Source: an uncultured bacterium
GTDB taxonomy: Bacteria > Oederibacteriota > JAAXVQ01 > JAUVAV01
NCBI GenBank assembly: GCA_963710755.1
Contig: CAVQBK010000003.1
Span: forward strand, 768,001-832,000
DNA length: 64,000 nt
Reading direction: 5' to 3'
Numbering within the stretch: position 1 is the first letter of the stretch; every line of letters begins with the position of its first letter. Made by a program: the position numbers and the translations under genes. The notes beneath the pieces were generated by a model that was not told the origin of the DNA, searched no databases, and saw nothing but the letters and a program-made list of their open reading frames with translations. Positions 40,022 to 50,271 of the stretch are shown here, in pieces.

Positions 40022-41941
40022 ATGAAAAAGAAGTGGTGGTTGGCTTTGATTCTGCTGAGCTTGCCGGCTTTAACCTGGGGCCAAGGGTCGCCATTAACTC
40101 TGACTACCGGCCAAAAGGATTATCTGCGGTACCAATTGGTGGATTTTACCTTGAGTCTTGATCCCGGTAGTAGCCTGACGGCTGAGGCCATGCCGGAAAA
40201 TATTTATGTTACGGTGTGGAAAAATAAACATAAAATCACAACGGTGGGACCGCAGGATAAAATCCGTCTTAACTACCAGAATAATCAACGTTGGAGCGGC
40301 AAGTGGCCGATCCCATTTAACCCGCGTCTGGGCACCTATACAGCGCGCACCCAGGTGTGGGTTAATGGTAATACAGTCAACGCCAGGGCCACCTTTGCCA
40401 TTACGGGCCGAAAGCCTTTTAGTCTTAAACCCGGATTCTCGGTAGTGACCTATGAAGGCGGCAAGAAAGGCCCTTATCAAACCCCGGGCTTGACAGATCA
40501 GGAAAAGCCCTCCTGGAAAAACATGGTGCGTTGGGCGCAGAGCATGGGTGCCGATGCTTTTTGGCAATGTCTGGGCCAAACCCAGATTTGGGACAATTTA
40601 AAAGAAGAAGAATACCCCTGGTCCCAGGGTACGCTGAGGCTGATGCCGCGGGTAGCCCAGCAAGCCCATGACTTGGGATTGCAGTACGGCGGCTGGATTA
40701 CATCCTTTGTGGTCATCGGCAATGCCATTGAAAAAAGCGGCTATCAATTTACCCTGGGCTACGACCGCGATCAAAATGCCGTCAAACAATTGCGTTACAT
40801 CTCCCTGGGGTGTCAGAAACGGTTGGACCACATGGCGGCGCTCATGCAGCTCATGAATGAAAATCCCAATGTGGATTATATCGGCCTTGATTACATGCGT
40901 ACGGATTTTGGGGGCTATGAATTTGCCGATGAATTCGTTAATGATATGGGTATTACCAAACCGTCTCAGTGGTCCCAATGGTCGCCCAATGAAAAAGCGC
41001 TGTGGATGGCCCGCTTGATTGAAGTGACCCGCGACAAAACTGCTCGGGCTCAGTGGGAATGGTGGCGGGCTCATAAAGTCGGCATGACCATCGCCGCTCT
41101 GGTCAAGAAAGTCAAACCTGTCAAACCGATCTGGGTTTTCTCTCTGGGGTGGTATACCGGGCATCAGCACGGTCAGGATTTGATGATGATGCTCGATGCG
41201 GGCATTGCCTTTAATGCGCCCATGTTTTATTCCATTACCCGCCAGGACTATCCTTATATGCTGAGTGCGTGGAAACATTATTTAAATCGCAGCCCAGGCA
41301 GTGTGGTTATTGGCCAGTGTGTGGATTGGAATTTATTGGGCCGTACGACCAATCCTTCTGGTCCCATGGAACATCTGAAGCGTCAGGAAGAAGCCATTGC
41401 GGCTCTGGAAAAACCGGCCAGTTCCTTTGGCCTGTTTTGGCATGATCTCAACCGGGCTTTTTTCGGAGCCCGCGGCCCTTATGGCACTATGGAATGGGCC
41501 ATGGCCGGCGCCGCCTCCTTCAGCCAGCTTAAAATCAAAACCGGCCGTTATCCTTTTAAGGTGGCCATGGAAGCACCGGAGCAGATAATTCTTGGTCAAA
41601 AAAACACCGTGACCGTAACCATTACCAACCCCAATGGCAACACCCTGAACGCCCTTGCCGTGGGCCTGGTGCCTACAGCCCGGCTGGTGAGTCTTGATAG
41701 CGCCCCGGTTAAGATCCGGACGCTGGGACCGGGAGAGGCCCAAGTGGTGAAGCTGCCCTTTCAAGTTGATCAGATTTATGAGAAAAACGGCGCCCAGCAG
41801 ATGGTGGCCTTTAAGATCCAGCAGCCGGACCATCCCAATGATCCTTACGTGGCCATGCGGTATCTGCCGGTCACCACCACGGCTGCAGCGGCTGCTGGTT
41901 CAGCACAGGGGCTGACTATACAAGCCACGGCGCTGCCTTGA
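40022..41941 (+). CDS. Secreted hypothetical protein, possible glycoside-hydrolase-like TIM barrel flanked by Ig-like domains
   Basis: Signal peptide, Trp/Tyr-rich core with IGLDYMR, C-terminal VTVTITN...LGPGE..V...F. Confidence 0.55.
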   Translation: MKKKWWLALILLSLPALTWGQGSPLTLTTGQKDYLRYQLVDFTLSLDPGSSLTAEAMPENIYVTVWKNKHKITTVGPQDKIRLNYQNNQRWSGKWPIPFNPRLGTYTARTQVWVNGNTVNARATFAITGRKPFSLKPGFSVVTYEGGKKGPYQTPGLTDQEKPSWKNMVRWAQSMGADAFWQCLGQTQIWDNLKEEEYPWSQGTLRLMPRVAQQAHDLGLQYGGWITSFVVIGNAIEKSGYQFTLGYDRDQNAVKQLRYISLGCQKRLDHMAALMQLMNENPNVDYIGLDYMRTDFGGYEFADEFVNDMGITKPSQWSQWSPNEKALWMARLIEVTRDKTARAQWEWWRAHKVGMTIAALVKKVKPVKPIWVFSLGWYTGHQHGQDLMMMLDAGIAFNAPMFYSITRQDYPYMLSAWKHYLNRSPGSVVIGQCVDWNLLGRTTNPSGPMEHLKRQEEAIAALEKPASSFGLFWHDLNRAFFGARGPYGTMEWAMAGAASFSQLKIKTGRYPFKVAMEAPEQIILGQKNTVTVTITNPNGNTLNALAVGLVPTARLVSLDSAPVKIRTLGPGEAQVVKLPFQVDQIYEKNGAQQMVAFKIQQPDHPNDPYVAMRYLPVTTTAAAAAGSAQGLTIQATALP

Positions 41942-41970
41942 TTTACACAGACCCGGTGGGAAACTACCGG

Positions 41971-41999
41971 TTGACAAATCTCGGGCAATACCCTAAATT
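41971..41999 (+). promoter_or_regulatory. Sigma70 promoter of lepA
   Basis: TTGACA-N17-TAAATT directly after a GAAA-loop hairpin. Confidence 0.65.
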
Positions 42000-42038
42000 C
42001 TCTGCAACAATGTTGTCCTTAGAGGAAGAACACAGTTA

Positions 42039-43838
42039 ATGGCCAATCCCTTAATCAGAAATTTTTCCATTATTGCCCATATTGATCATGGCAAATCCAC
42101 TTTAGCTGATCGGATTTTGGAGTTAACCCGTACGGTCTCCCAGCGCCAGATGCGCGCCCAATTACTTGATGATATGGAGCTGGAACGGGAACGGGGCATC
42201 ACCATCAAAGCCAAGGCCGTACGCCTTTTTTACAAAGCTAAAGATCAGCAGGTCTATCAGTTTAATCTTATCGATACGCCGGGCCATGTGGATTTCAACT
42301 ATGAAGTCAGCCGCTCCCTTTCGGCTTGTGAAGGCGCGCTGTTGGTGGTGGATGCCGCCCAGGGCATAGAAGCGCAAACCTTAAGCAATGCCGAGTTAGC
42401 CATTCTGCAGGATCTGAATCTTGTTCCCGTACTCAATAAAATTGACTTGCCGGCTGCCCACCCCGAAGAAGTGGCCCACCAAATCGAAGAGGCTCTGCAA
42501 CTGCCGGCGCAGGACGCTATTTGGGCCTCGGCCAAAACCGGGCAAGGTACGGTTGAGATTCTGGAAGCCATCATTCAAAAAATACCGCCTCCGGAAGGAG
42601 ATGAAGAAGCGTCCTTAAAAGCGCTGGTATTTGATTCTCATTTCGATCCTTATCGCGGCGTGATCGTCTATCTCCGGCTCATGGATGGACGGCTGCGTAA
42701 AGGCACGACCATCTATATGATGGCCACGGACCGCGCTTATGAAGTGGATGAAGTAGGGGTGTTCACGCCTGCGGAAAAAGCGGTGGAGCAATTGTCCGCC
42801 GGGGAAGTGGGCTATTTTATCGCCGGGATAAAAAGTATCAGTGATGTCAAAGTAGGGGACACGGTAACCGAGAAAAACCGACCTACTGTCACCGCCCTGC
42901 CCGGCTTCAAGGAAGTCAAACCCATGGTGTTTTGCGGTCTCTATCCGGTGGAGACCAGCGAATATGAGAATCTGCGCATTGCCCTGGAAAAATTAAAACT
43001 CAATGATGCCTCCTTGTTTTATGAACCGGAGAATTCGGAAGCCCTGGGTTTTGGGTTTCGCTGCGGCTTTCTGGGCCTACTGCATATGGAGATTGTACAG
43101 GAACGTTTGGAGCGCGAATTTGACATCAGCCTGATTGCCACGGCGCCTTCAGTGGTGTTTCATGTCACCAAGACCAATGGCGAAAAACTGGAGATCGACA
43201 ATCCCGTTAAATTGCCGCCGCCCGGGGAAATTGAGTTTATTGAAGAGCCCTTTATGGAGTTAACCATAATTGTGCCCGCCACCTATCAGGGGGCGGTCAT
43301 GCAGTTGGCGCAGGAAAAGCGGGGAGTTTATATCAATACAGAGTATATGGACAGCCAACGCGTCAAATTGAAATATCATATTCCCTTGGTGGAAGTGATT
43401 ATGGATTTTTACGATCAGTTAAAATCGCGCAGTCGCGGCTATGCCAGTATGGATTATGAACCTGCAGGATATCGTCGTGGACACATGGTCAAAGTGGACA
43501 TATTGGTCAATAAAGAAAGTGTGGATGCCTTGTCTTTTATCTGCCACAGTGATTTCGCGGAATTCCGCGGCCGGGCTGTGGCGGAAAAATTAAAAGACCT
43601 CATTCCCCGGCAACAATTTGAAATCCCCATTCAAGCCGCCATAGGGGCCAAGGTCATCGCCCGTGAGAGCATCCGCGCCATACGCAAAGATGTAACCGCC
43701 AAATGCTACGGCGGGGATATTACCCGCAAACGCAAATTGCTGGAAAAACAAAAAGAAGGCAAGAAGCGCATGAAGCATGTGGGCAATGTGGAAATTCCCC
43801 AAACGGCGTTTCTGGCGGTTTTGAAAATCGATAAATGA
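42039..43838 (+). CDS. lepA: Elongation factor 4
   Basis: [38 protein letters not shown]. Confidence 0.98.
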   Translation: MANPLIRNFSIIAHIDHGKSTLADRILELTRTVSQRQMRAQLLDDMELERERGITIKAKAVRLFYKAKDQQVYQFNLIDTPGHVDFNYEVSRSLSACEGALLVVDAAQGIEAQTLSNAELAILQDLNLVPVLNKIDLPAAHPEEVAHQIEEALQLPAQDAIWASAKTGQGTVEILEAIIQKIPPPEGDEEASLKALVFDSHFDPYRGVIVYLRLMDGRLRKGTTIYMMATDRAYEVDEVGVFTPAEKAVEQLSAGEVGYFIAGIKSISDVKVGDTVTEKNRPTVTALPGFKEVKPMVFCGLYPVETSEYENLRIALEKLKLNDASLFYEPENSEALGFGFRCGFLGLLHMEIVQERLEREFDISLIATAPSVVFHVTKTNGEKLEIDNPVKLPPPGEIEFIEEPFMELTIIVPATYQGAVMQLAQEKRGVYINTEYMDSQRVKLKYHIPLVEVIMDFYDQLKSRSRGYASMDYEPAGYRRGHMVKVDILVNKESVDALSFICHSDFAEFRGRAVAEKLKDLIPRQQFEIPIQAAIGAKVIARESIRAIRKDVTAKCYGGDITRKRKLLEKQKEGKKRMKHVGNVEIPQTAFLAVLKIDK

Positions 43839-43889
43839 GCGGGCATGATGCTCCTTACGCAGGGTGCAAGTCCGGCGCTTGAGGCTCCT

Positions 43890-45011
43890 ATGAGTTTAGG
43901 ACTGTATATTCACATTCCCTTTTGCAAACAAAAATGCCATTATTGTGATTTTACTTCTTTTCCCCTCCGTTCACCTTTGGTCATGGACTCCTATCTGCAT
44001 TATCTCCATAAGGAAATCAGCCTCCGACTGAGCGGTCCCGTGGATACCGTGTACATTGGCGGCGGCACGCCGTCTTTGTGCACGCCCAAGCAACTGGAGG
44101 AGTTGCTACAGCAGGTAGCCCGCCACAGCCAGCTCAATGCAACCGCTGAAATCACCATTGAAGTCAATCCCGGCACCATCACCTTAGATGACCTGCGGGC
44201 CTATCAGGCCATGGGCATTAATCGTTTGTCCATTGGTGTGCAAAGTTTAAACGATCGTTTCTTAAAACAATTGGGGCGCATTCATGATGCAGCCAGTGTG
44301 CGGCGCTTAATCGGCCAGGCCGGGAACCTGGGCTTGACCAATCTTTCTTGTGACCTTATTTTCGGACTGCCCGGCCAAACGATGACTCAATTTAAACAAG
44401 AACTTACTGCCTTGGTGGGCCTGCAACCACAGCATATTTCACTGTACGAATTGACCATTGAAAAGCATACGGCCTTGCATGCTCGACTGCTGGCCGGGTC
44501 ACTCCAGCCGGCTGACGAGGACTTAGTGGCGGACATGCTGGAATTGAGCAGTGACTTATTGAAGAACGCAGGGTTTGAGCACTATGAATTGTCCAATTAT
44601 GCTTTGCCAGGATTTGCCAGCCAACACAATTTGAAATATTGGACTGGCCAAAATTATATGGGTGTAGGTCTGGGAGCGCATAGTTATCTCAACAATCAGC
44701 GTCAATGGAATGTTAAAAAAATTCAACACTACCAGAACCTGCTGGAAGCCCAATACCTGCCTGTGGAAGGCGGGGAGCGACTGGCTTTTACCCGAAGAAT
44801 AGCAGAGCGCTTAATGCTTGGACTCAGATTAACCCAAGGCATTGACCCCTTGGTCATGGCCTCCAGCTTTGGCCCTGAGTGGGCTACGTCCTGGCAGGAA
44901 ATTTTTACAGCTCATACGGCTGCCGGTCTTCTGGAAAGTACTGGCACCAAACTGCGCTTAACCAAAAGAGGCAGGCTCCTGTCCGATGTGGTTTTCCGGT
45001 CTTTTTTATAG
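43890..45011 (+). CDS. hemW: Radical SAM heme chaperone HemW (HemN-like)
   Basis: LYIHIPFCKQKCHYCDF, GGGTPS, YELSNY, HNLKYW; follows lepA. Confidence 0.9.
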   Translation: MSLGLYIHIPFCKQKCHYCDFTSFPLRSPLVMDSYLHYLHKEISLRLSGPVDTVYIGGGTPSLCTPKQLEELLQQVARHSQLNATAEITIEVNPGTITLDDLRAYQAMGINRLSIGVQSLNDRFLKQLGRIHDAASVRRLIGQAGNLGLTNLSCDLIFGLPGQTMTQFKQELTALVGLQPQHISLYELTIEKHTALHARLLAGSLQPADEDLVADMLELSSDLLKNAGFEHYELSNYALPGFASQHNLKYWTGQNYMGVGLGAHSYLNNQRQWNVKKIQHYQNLLEAQYLPVEGGERLAFTRRIAERLMLGLRLTQGIDPLVMASSFGPEWATSWQEIFTAHTAAGLLESTGTKLRLTKRGRLLSDVVFRSFL

Positions 45012-45133
45012 ATGGTCTATTTCATAATCGAATTGTTTTACAAGCAAAAAAATGAGTTTTGCCTTGACGTTAACTGGCGGATTATGATAGGTTACCAAAA
45101 ACTGCAAGACCAGAATCTGCAGGAGGGTTTATA

Positions 45134-45406
45134 ATGACCAAAGTAGAATTGATTGATAAAGTAGCTGAAGGGTTAGGGTTACCTAAACGCGAGATTGAAA
45201 AAATGCTGGAAAAATTAATCTCCACCATTCAAAACGCTTTAAAATCAGGAGAAAAAGTGTCGGTGGCCGGGTTGGGCACGTTTGTGGTTAAGGAGAAAAA
45301 AGAACGCATGGCTCGTAATCCGAAGACCGGAGATACGGTCCATGTTCCGGCCAAGAAAGCACCCAAATTTCGTCCGGGCAAGGAATTAAAGGAAATCATT
45401 CAGTAA
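45134..45406 (+). CDS. hup: DNA-binding protein HU
   Basis: MTKVELI, GLGTF, ARNPKTG, PKFRPGKELKE. Confidence 0.93.
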   Translation: MTKVELIDKVAEGLGLPKREIEKMLEKLISTIQNALKSGEKVSVAGLGTFVVKEKKERMARNPKTGDTVHVPAKKAPKFRPGKELKEIIQ

Positions 45407-45495
45407 GTCGATGATCCTAGCACGGTTGTTTATTTGGGGTAAAAGGTCATGGGCATTAAAGGAATAACCTAAGGACGAAGCCAGGAGGACAGGCC

Positions 45496-46719
45496 ATGCA
45501 AGCCAAGAAAAAAGCGGCTAAAAAGTCAACCAGCAAGGCAGCAGCAGAAGAACCTGCGGTAAAACCAGCAACCAAAAAAACAGTGAAAAAAGCGCCTAGT
45601 ACTCCTGCGAAAGCAGTCAAAAAAACCACCAAGCCCGTTGCCCAGGCCACAGGAGAAGCAAAAGCTGCAACAAAAAAAGCCACATCCGCCAAAGGGTCCA
45701 ATGCCAGCGGGACCAAGAAAAAAGCTACCAAAGCGGTGTCGCCAGCAAAGACCAAATCAGTTGAAAAACTAGCCCAACCCAAGCGGTCTCCTGAACCCAA
45801 AGTCAACGCCAAAGTGCAAGAACCTCCGCACGCTGAAGAAAAAAACGTTGCCACACTTTCTGAGCAACCTCAGGGCTCGGAGGTGCAATCCGTCTCCGAG
45901 GCATCCCAGCCTGCGCCGACCATAAAGGCGCCCGAACATTATTGGCAAGATCGCTATCAAGATGACCGATTTATGTTGTTGATCCGCGACCCCTACTGGT
46001 GTTTTGCCTATTGGGATGTGTCCGCCCAGTTGCAGTCTGACATGATCCATGCGCTGCAGCAAGATCAAGCCAAATTATTACTGCGCACTTATGATGTAAC
46101 GGATATTAATTTTGACGGCAGTAATGCTCATCGTTACATGGATCTGGAAATCAACGAAGAAGCTTCCAACTGGTATATTAATGTCTGGGAAGCCCATCGC
46201 GCTTATTGTTCTGACCTGGGCTTGTTGTATCCTGACGGGACCTTTAAAACACTGCTGCGCTCCAATGTGGTGACTACGCCCCGTGACTCCGTCTCTCCCG
46301 TAGTGGATGAGGAGTGGATGGTGGTGGATGAAATGTTCGATAAATTATATCAGAATGCCGGTGCGGGCAGTGTAGGCCGTTCTTCGGAAGCCATTACCAA
46401 GTACATGCTGAAACGGGTGCGCGCTGATGTCACCTCGGGCGGGCTGGCCAGCATGGGGTCGGAGGGCGGACGGCCAAAACCTCCTGCAAATGAGGATTTT
46501 TGGCTGGTGGCGCATACGGAGTTAATCGTTTACGGTGCAACCGAACCCACGGCCAAGCTGACCATTCAAGGACAGCCGACCGTGCTTAATAATGACGGTA
46601 CTTTTTCCGTTCGCTTTGCCCTGCCTGATGGTCAACAGATCATCCCCATAAAAGCGGTGAATGAAAGCGGCACCCAGGAACGCTCCATTACACCACTTGT
46701 TGAAAAAAGAACCGAATAA
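45496..46719 (+). CDS. DUF4912-family protein with Lys/Ala-rich N-terminal extension
   Basis: LLIRDPYWCFAYWD, LRTYDVT, WYINV, RSNVV.TP, FWLVA.TELIVYGATEP, DGTFS.RF; adjacent to GH57. Confidence 0.85.
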   Translation: MQAKKKAAKKSTSKAAAEEPAVKPATKKTVKKAPSTPAKAVKKTTKPVAQATGEAKAATKKATSAKGSNASGTKKKATKAVSPAKTKSVEKLAQPKRSPEPKVNAKVQEPPHAEEKNVATLSEQPQGSEVQSVSEASQPAPTIKAPEHYWQDRYQDDRFMLLIRDPYWCFAYWDVSAQLQSDMIHALQQDQAKLLLRTYDVTDINFDGSNAHRYMDLEINEEASNWYINVWEAHRAYCSDLGLLYPDGTFKTLLRSNVVTTPRDSVSPVVDEEWMVVDEMFDKLYQNAGAGSVGRSSEAITKYMLKRVRADVTSGGLASMGSEGGRPKPPANEDFWLVAHTELIVYGATEPTAKLTIQGQPTVLNNDGTFSVRFALPDGQQIIPIKAVNESGTQERSITPLVEKRTE

Positions 46720-46753
46720 CCTCTGATAAGGTCAACCTAGAAACGGAGTAGCT

Positions 46754-48340
46754 ATGGCTGATAACGGCTATTTGATGCTGGTCTTGCATGCCCATTTACC
46801 CTATGTACGCCACCCCGAACATCCTGAATTTCTGGAAGAGGACTGGTTTTTCGAGGCGATCACCGAAACCTATGTGCCCATCATTGAGATGTGTGAACGG
46901 TTGGTGCATGACGGCGTAAAGTTCAAATTTACCATGTCCCTCACGCCTCCGCTTTTAAGCATGATGGCGGATCCTTTATTACAGGAACGCTATGTACACC
47001 ATATTGGTCAATTGGTGGAATTGGCGGAAAAAGAAGTGGAACGCACCCGTTGGCAACCGGAGTTTAACCGCACCGCCCATCTTTATTTACAGCGCTTCCG
47101 CAGAACCCAGTGGGTCTTTTGTGATCAATATCACCGTAACTTAATCCCAGCTTTCAGGAAATTCATGGAATTGGGTGTATTGGAAGTGATCACATGTAAT
47201 GCCACCCACGGTTATTTTCCGCTCATGGCCAACCGTAACGCCCAACGCGCCCAAGTGGCCGTGGCGGTGCAAACCCATGAGCATTTCCTCGGGGTCAAGC
47301 CTAAGGGTATTTGGCTGGCGGAATGTGGTTTTGAACCGGGCGTGGATGAGCTGCTCCAGGAGTATGGAATCCGCTATTTCTTTACCGATACGCACGGCAT
47401 TTTTCACGGCAGCCCCCGTCCTAAATACGGCGTCTACGCGCCGGTCTATACCCGGGCTGGTGTGGCGGCGTTTGGCCGGGATGTGGAATCTTCCAAACAG
47501 GTCTGGAGTTCCAAGGAAGGCTATCCCGGTGATTTTAATTATCGCGATTTTTACCGCGATATAGGTTTTGACCTGGAATATGATTACATACGTCCTTATA
47601 TTCACGGTGATGGCTTCCGCATTCCCACGGGTATTAAGTATTACCGCATTACCGGGCCGTCTGATCACAAAGAGCCTTATGATTACGAAAAAGCCCGTTC
47701 GACAGCAGCCGACCATGCCGGTAATTTCATGTTCAACCGGCAGCAACAAATCCAACATCTTAAGTCCATGATTGGCATCAATCCCATTATTGTTTCCCCC
47801 TATGATGCCGAACTTTACGGGCATTGGTGGTATGAAGGCCCGGAATTTTTGGAGTTTCTTTTCCGGAAAATGTATTTTGACCAGCATGAGATTAGGACCA
47901 TCACCGCCCCGGAATACTTGAGCATGAATCCCCAGTTGCAGGTAGTTACCCCATCCAATTCTTCCTGGGGCTATAAAGGCTACCACGAACAGTGGCTGGC
48001 CGGACCCAATGACTGGGTCTACCGGCATTTGCATAAAGCCGCCGACCGCATGGTAGAGCTGGCCAATCGCTTTGGCCAAGCCCAAGGCCACCAGCAGCGC
48101 GCCCTTAACCAAGCGGCCAGGGAACTACTTTTGGCTCAAAGCTCGGATTGGGCGTTCATTATGAAAACGGGCACCATGGTAGAATACGCGGTGAAACGCA
48201 CCCGTGATCATTTGGAACGCTTTACCCGTCTTTATACGGAAATCAATGAAGACCGCATTGATTTGGATTGGCTGGCGGAGATAGAATATAAGGACAATAT
48301 ATTTCCCCTCATCGATTACCGGGTTTACGCCGACCGATGA
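46754..48340 (+). CDS. GH57 1,4-alpha-glucan branching enzyme (DUF1957)
   Basis: LHAHLPYVRH, EAITETY, GIWLAEC, PYDAELYGHWWYEG, LAQSSDWAF. Confidence 0.93.
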   Translation: MADNGYLMLVLHAHLPYVRHPEHPEFLEEDWFFEAITETYVPIIEMCERLVHDGVKFKFTMSLTPPLLSMMADPLLQERYVHHIGQLVELAEKEVERTRWQPEFNRTAHLYLQRFRRTQWVFCDQYHRNLIPAFRKFMELGVLEVITCNATHGYFPLMANRNAQRAQVAVAVQTHEHFLGVKPKGIWLAECGFEPGVDELLQEYGIRYFFTDTHGIFHGSPRPKYGVYAPVYTRAGVAAFGRDVESSKQVWSSKEGYPGDFNYRDFYRDIGFDLEYDYIRPYIHGDGFRIPTGIKYYRITGPSDHKEPYDYEKARSTAADHAGNFMFNRQQQIQHLKSMIGINPIIVSPYDAELYGHWWYEGPEFLEFLFRKMYFDQHEIRTITAPEYLSMNPQLQVVTPSNSSWGYKGYHEQWLAGPNDWVYRHLHKAADRMVELANRFGQAQGHQQRALNQAARELLLAQSSDWAFIMKTGTMVEYAVKRTRDHLERFTRLYTEINEDRIDLDWLAEIEYKDNIFPLIDYRVYADR

Positions 48341-48377
48341 GGAGCATAATCCAAGAAAGCATCTTTTGGTAAAGGTT

Positions 48378-49433
48378 ATGAGCAGTCAGCCGGACTTGTT
48401 ACTCAGTCAACGTGATCAGGAAGTCTTAGCGGCCATTGTCGAGGTGTACACCCGCACTGCGGAACCGGTCAGCTCCAGCCAATTGTTGGCACATTGTGGG
48501 ATTACCTGCTCCAGCGCCACCATTCGCAATATTATGGTCCGCCTCGAAAAATATGGGTTTTTGACCCATCCTTATACGTCAGCGGGGAAATATCCTACCT
48601 ATTTGGCTTACCGTTATTTTATCCAGAAAATGATGGCCCAGCCGCTACTTGATCAGGATGTTAAAAATAAAATTCAGATGGAAATTCTAAACGCGGTTTG
48701 CGAAAACGACCAGAAAGTCAGACTCACCGCCCGGGTGCTGGCCGTGACGTCGGAATTAATGGCCGTGGCCTGGATCTCCTCTGTGACCAGCGGCCGTCTC
48801 GATAAGGTTCAACTGATGGCTGCCGGCACCCGACAATTATTATTGATTGCTTTTTTGGATAATGGCGAAGTGGTTCATCAACACATGACTTTGGAACAAA
48901 GCATCAGTAAGCGTTTGCTTGACCAGGTGGTGGGGTTGGTCAACGACAAAGGGAGGGGCTGTGACGCCGATGAACTCAAGCGCATGGCTGCCGGCAACTG
49001 GTCCGGATTGGATCAAACCATCCACCATGTTTTTCAAAAAGCCCTGCTTCTGTTGAGTACCGGGCTTAAACAGCGTCTGAGGCAGCAAGATTTGATTTTC
49101 GAAGGGGCCGGCAATTTGATTAACCAGCCTGAATTCGATAATATTCTGGCCGCCCGCAAAACCATCTCGGCTTTGGAACAGGGGACAGTCCTGACTCAAT
49201 CGCTGATGGCGCCGGGGATTAAAAAAGGAGACATTACCATTGCCCTGGGACAAGATGATCCCGGGCAAGCTATTCCAGCGCTCTCGGTGATTTCCAATCG
49301 TGTGGTGCTTAAGGATGGGCGCCAGGCACGATTAGGTATTGTCGGACCACGACGGATGCCTTATAATCGTCTGGTTTGTTTATTGGAATATACGACTGCA
49401 GCACTTAAAAAATCAGGATCAATGGGGATATAA
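48378..49433 (+). CDS. hrcA: Heat-inducible transcription repressor (divergent)
   Basis: AEPVSS, SSATIRNIM, PYTSAGKYPT, LGIVGPRRMPY; lies upstream of grpE. Confidence 0.88.
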   Translation: MSSQPDLLLSQRDQEVLAAIVEVYTRTAEPVSSSQLLAHCGITCSSATIRNIMVRLEKYGFLTHPYTSAGKYPTYLAYRYFIQKMMAQPLLDQDVKNKIQMEILNAVCENDQKVRLTARVLAVTSELMAVAWISSVTSGRLDKVQLMAAGTRQLLLIAFLDNGEVVHQHMTLEQSISKRLLDQVVGLVNDKGRGCDADELKRMAAGNWSGLDQTIHHVFQKALLLLSTGLKQRLRQQDLIFEGAGNLINQPEFDNILAARKTISALEQGTVLTQSLMAPGIKKGDITIALGQDDPGQAIPALSVISNRVVLKDGRQARLGIVGPRRMPYNRLVCLLEYTTAALKKSGSMGI

Positions 49434-49460
49434 CAACGCATTGACAAGGTGGTGACAACG

Positions 49461-50084
49461 ATGTGGTTTAACGGCGACGAAGAGAAAAAAAATGAGAATA
49501 CCTCCGACCAGAGCGGCCATGATGTCAAGGTCAATGGAACGCCTTTTAATGCCATGGATCCTACCAAGGCCTTTGATGATGATGATGAGAAATTGGAAAC
49601 AGGGGCCTCTGGTGATGAGATCACGAGCCTGAAAGCTAAAATCAAGGAACTGGACGATAAGGCCAACACCAACTATGACCGTTATTTGCGGGCCTTGGCG
49701 GAAATGGAAAATTACAAAAAACGAGCTGCCCGGGAAAAAGCGGATCTGTTGCGCACCGCCGGCGAGGACCTGCTACTGGAAATATTGCCGGTGGTGGATA
49801 ATCTGGAGCGGACCATTACTCATCTAAATGAAAATCCTGACCCTCAAAAAATCATGGAGGGGATTAATCTTATTTACAAACAATTTATTCAATCTCTGCA
49901 AAAATCAGGAATCACCAGTATTGACAAGGTGCCCTGTCCCTTTGATCCGACCATTCATCAGGCCTTGTCACGGGTGGAAGATAAGTCTGTACCCGATGAC
50001 ACGGTGGTAGAGATTCTGCAAAAAGGTTATATCATGGGTGGCAAAGTCGTCCGTCCTGCCATGGTCAAGGTTGCCAAACATTGA
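49461..50084 (+). CDS. grpE: Nucleotide exchange factor GrpE
   Basis: LRALAEMENYKKR, LPVVDNLER, FDPTIHQA, QKGY...VRPAMVKV. Confidence 0.96.
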   Translation: MWFNGDEEKKNENTSDQSGHDVKVNGTPFNAMDPTKAFDDDDEKLETGASGDEITSLKAKIKELDDKANTNYDRYLRALAEMENYKKRAAREKADLLRTAGEDLLLEILPVVDNLERTITHLNENPDPQKIMEGINLIYKQFIQSLQKSGITSIDKVPCPFDPTIHQALSRVEDKSVPDDTVVEILQKGYIMGGKVVRPAMVKVAKH

Positions 50085-50271
50085 CCAGCACAGCGGTCCC
50101 AATGACTTGGTGGGTCATTAGCTTTAATGGAAACCAAGAGGGACATGAAAGGCCTTTCGTATTTGAGGTCTTGCAGCAGGTGGAAGGGTAAGCTAACCTC
50201 TTGAGGTTCACTTGCTTCTGTTGGAAATAGCCGGCAAGCCCAGCGTCAGCAAAAATTACGGGTTGTGAGGT

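Noticed and set aside
50185-50210. ydaO (c-di-AMP) riboswitch suggested by GCTAACCTC
   Set aside because: Upstream GCTGAA / GGGGTGAAT elements not found
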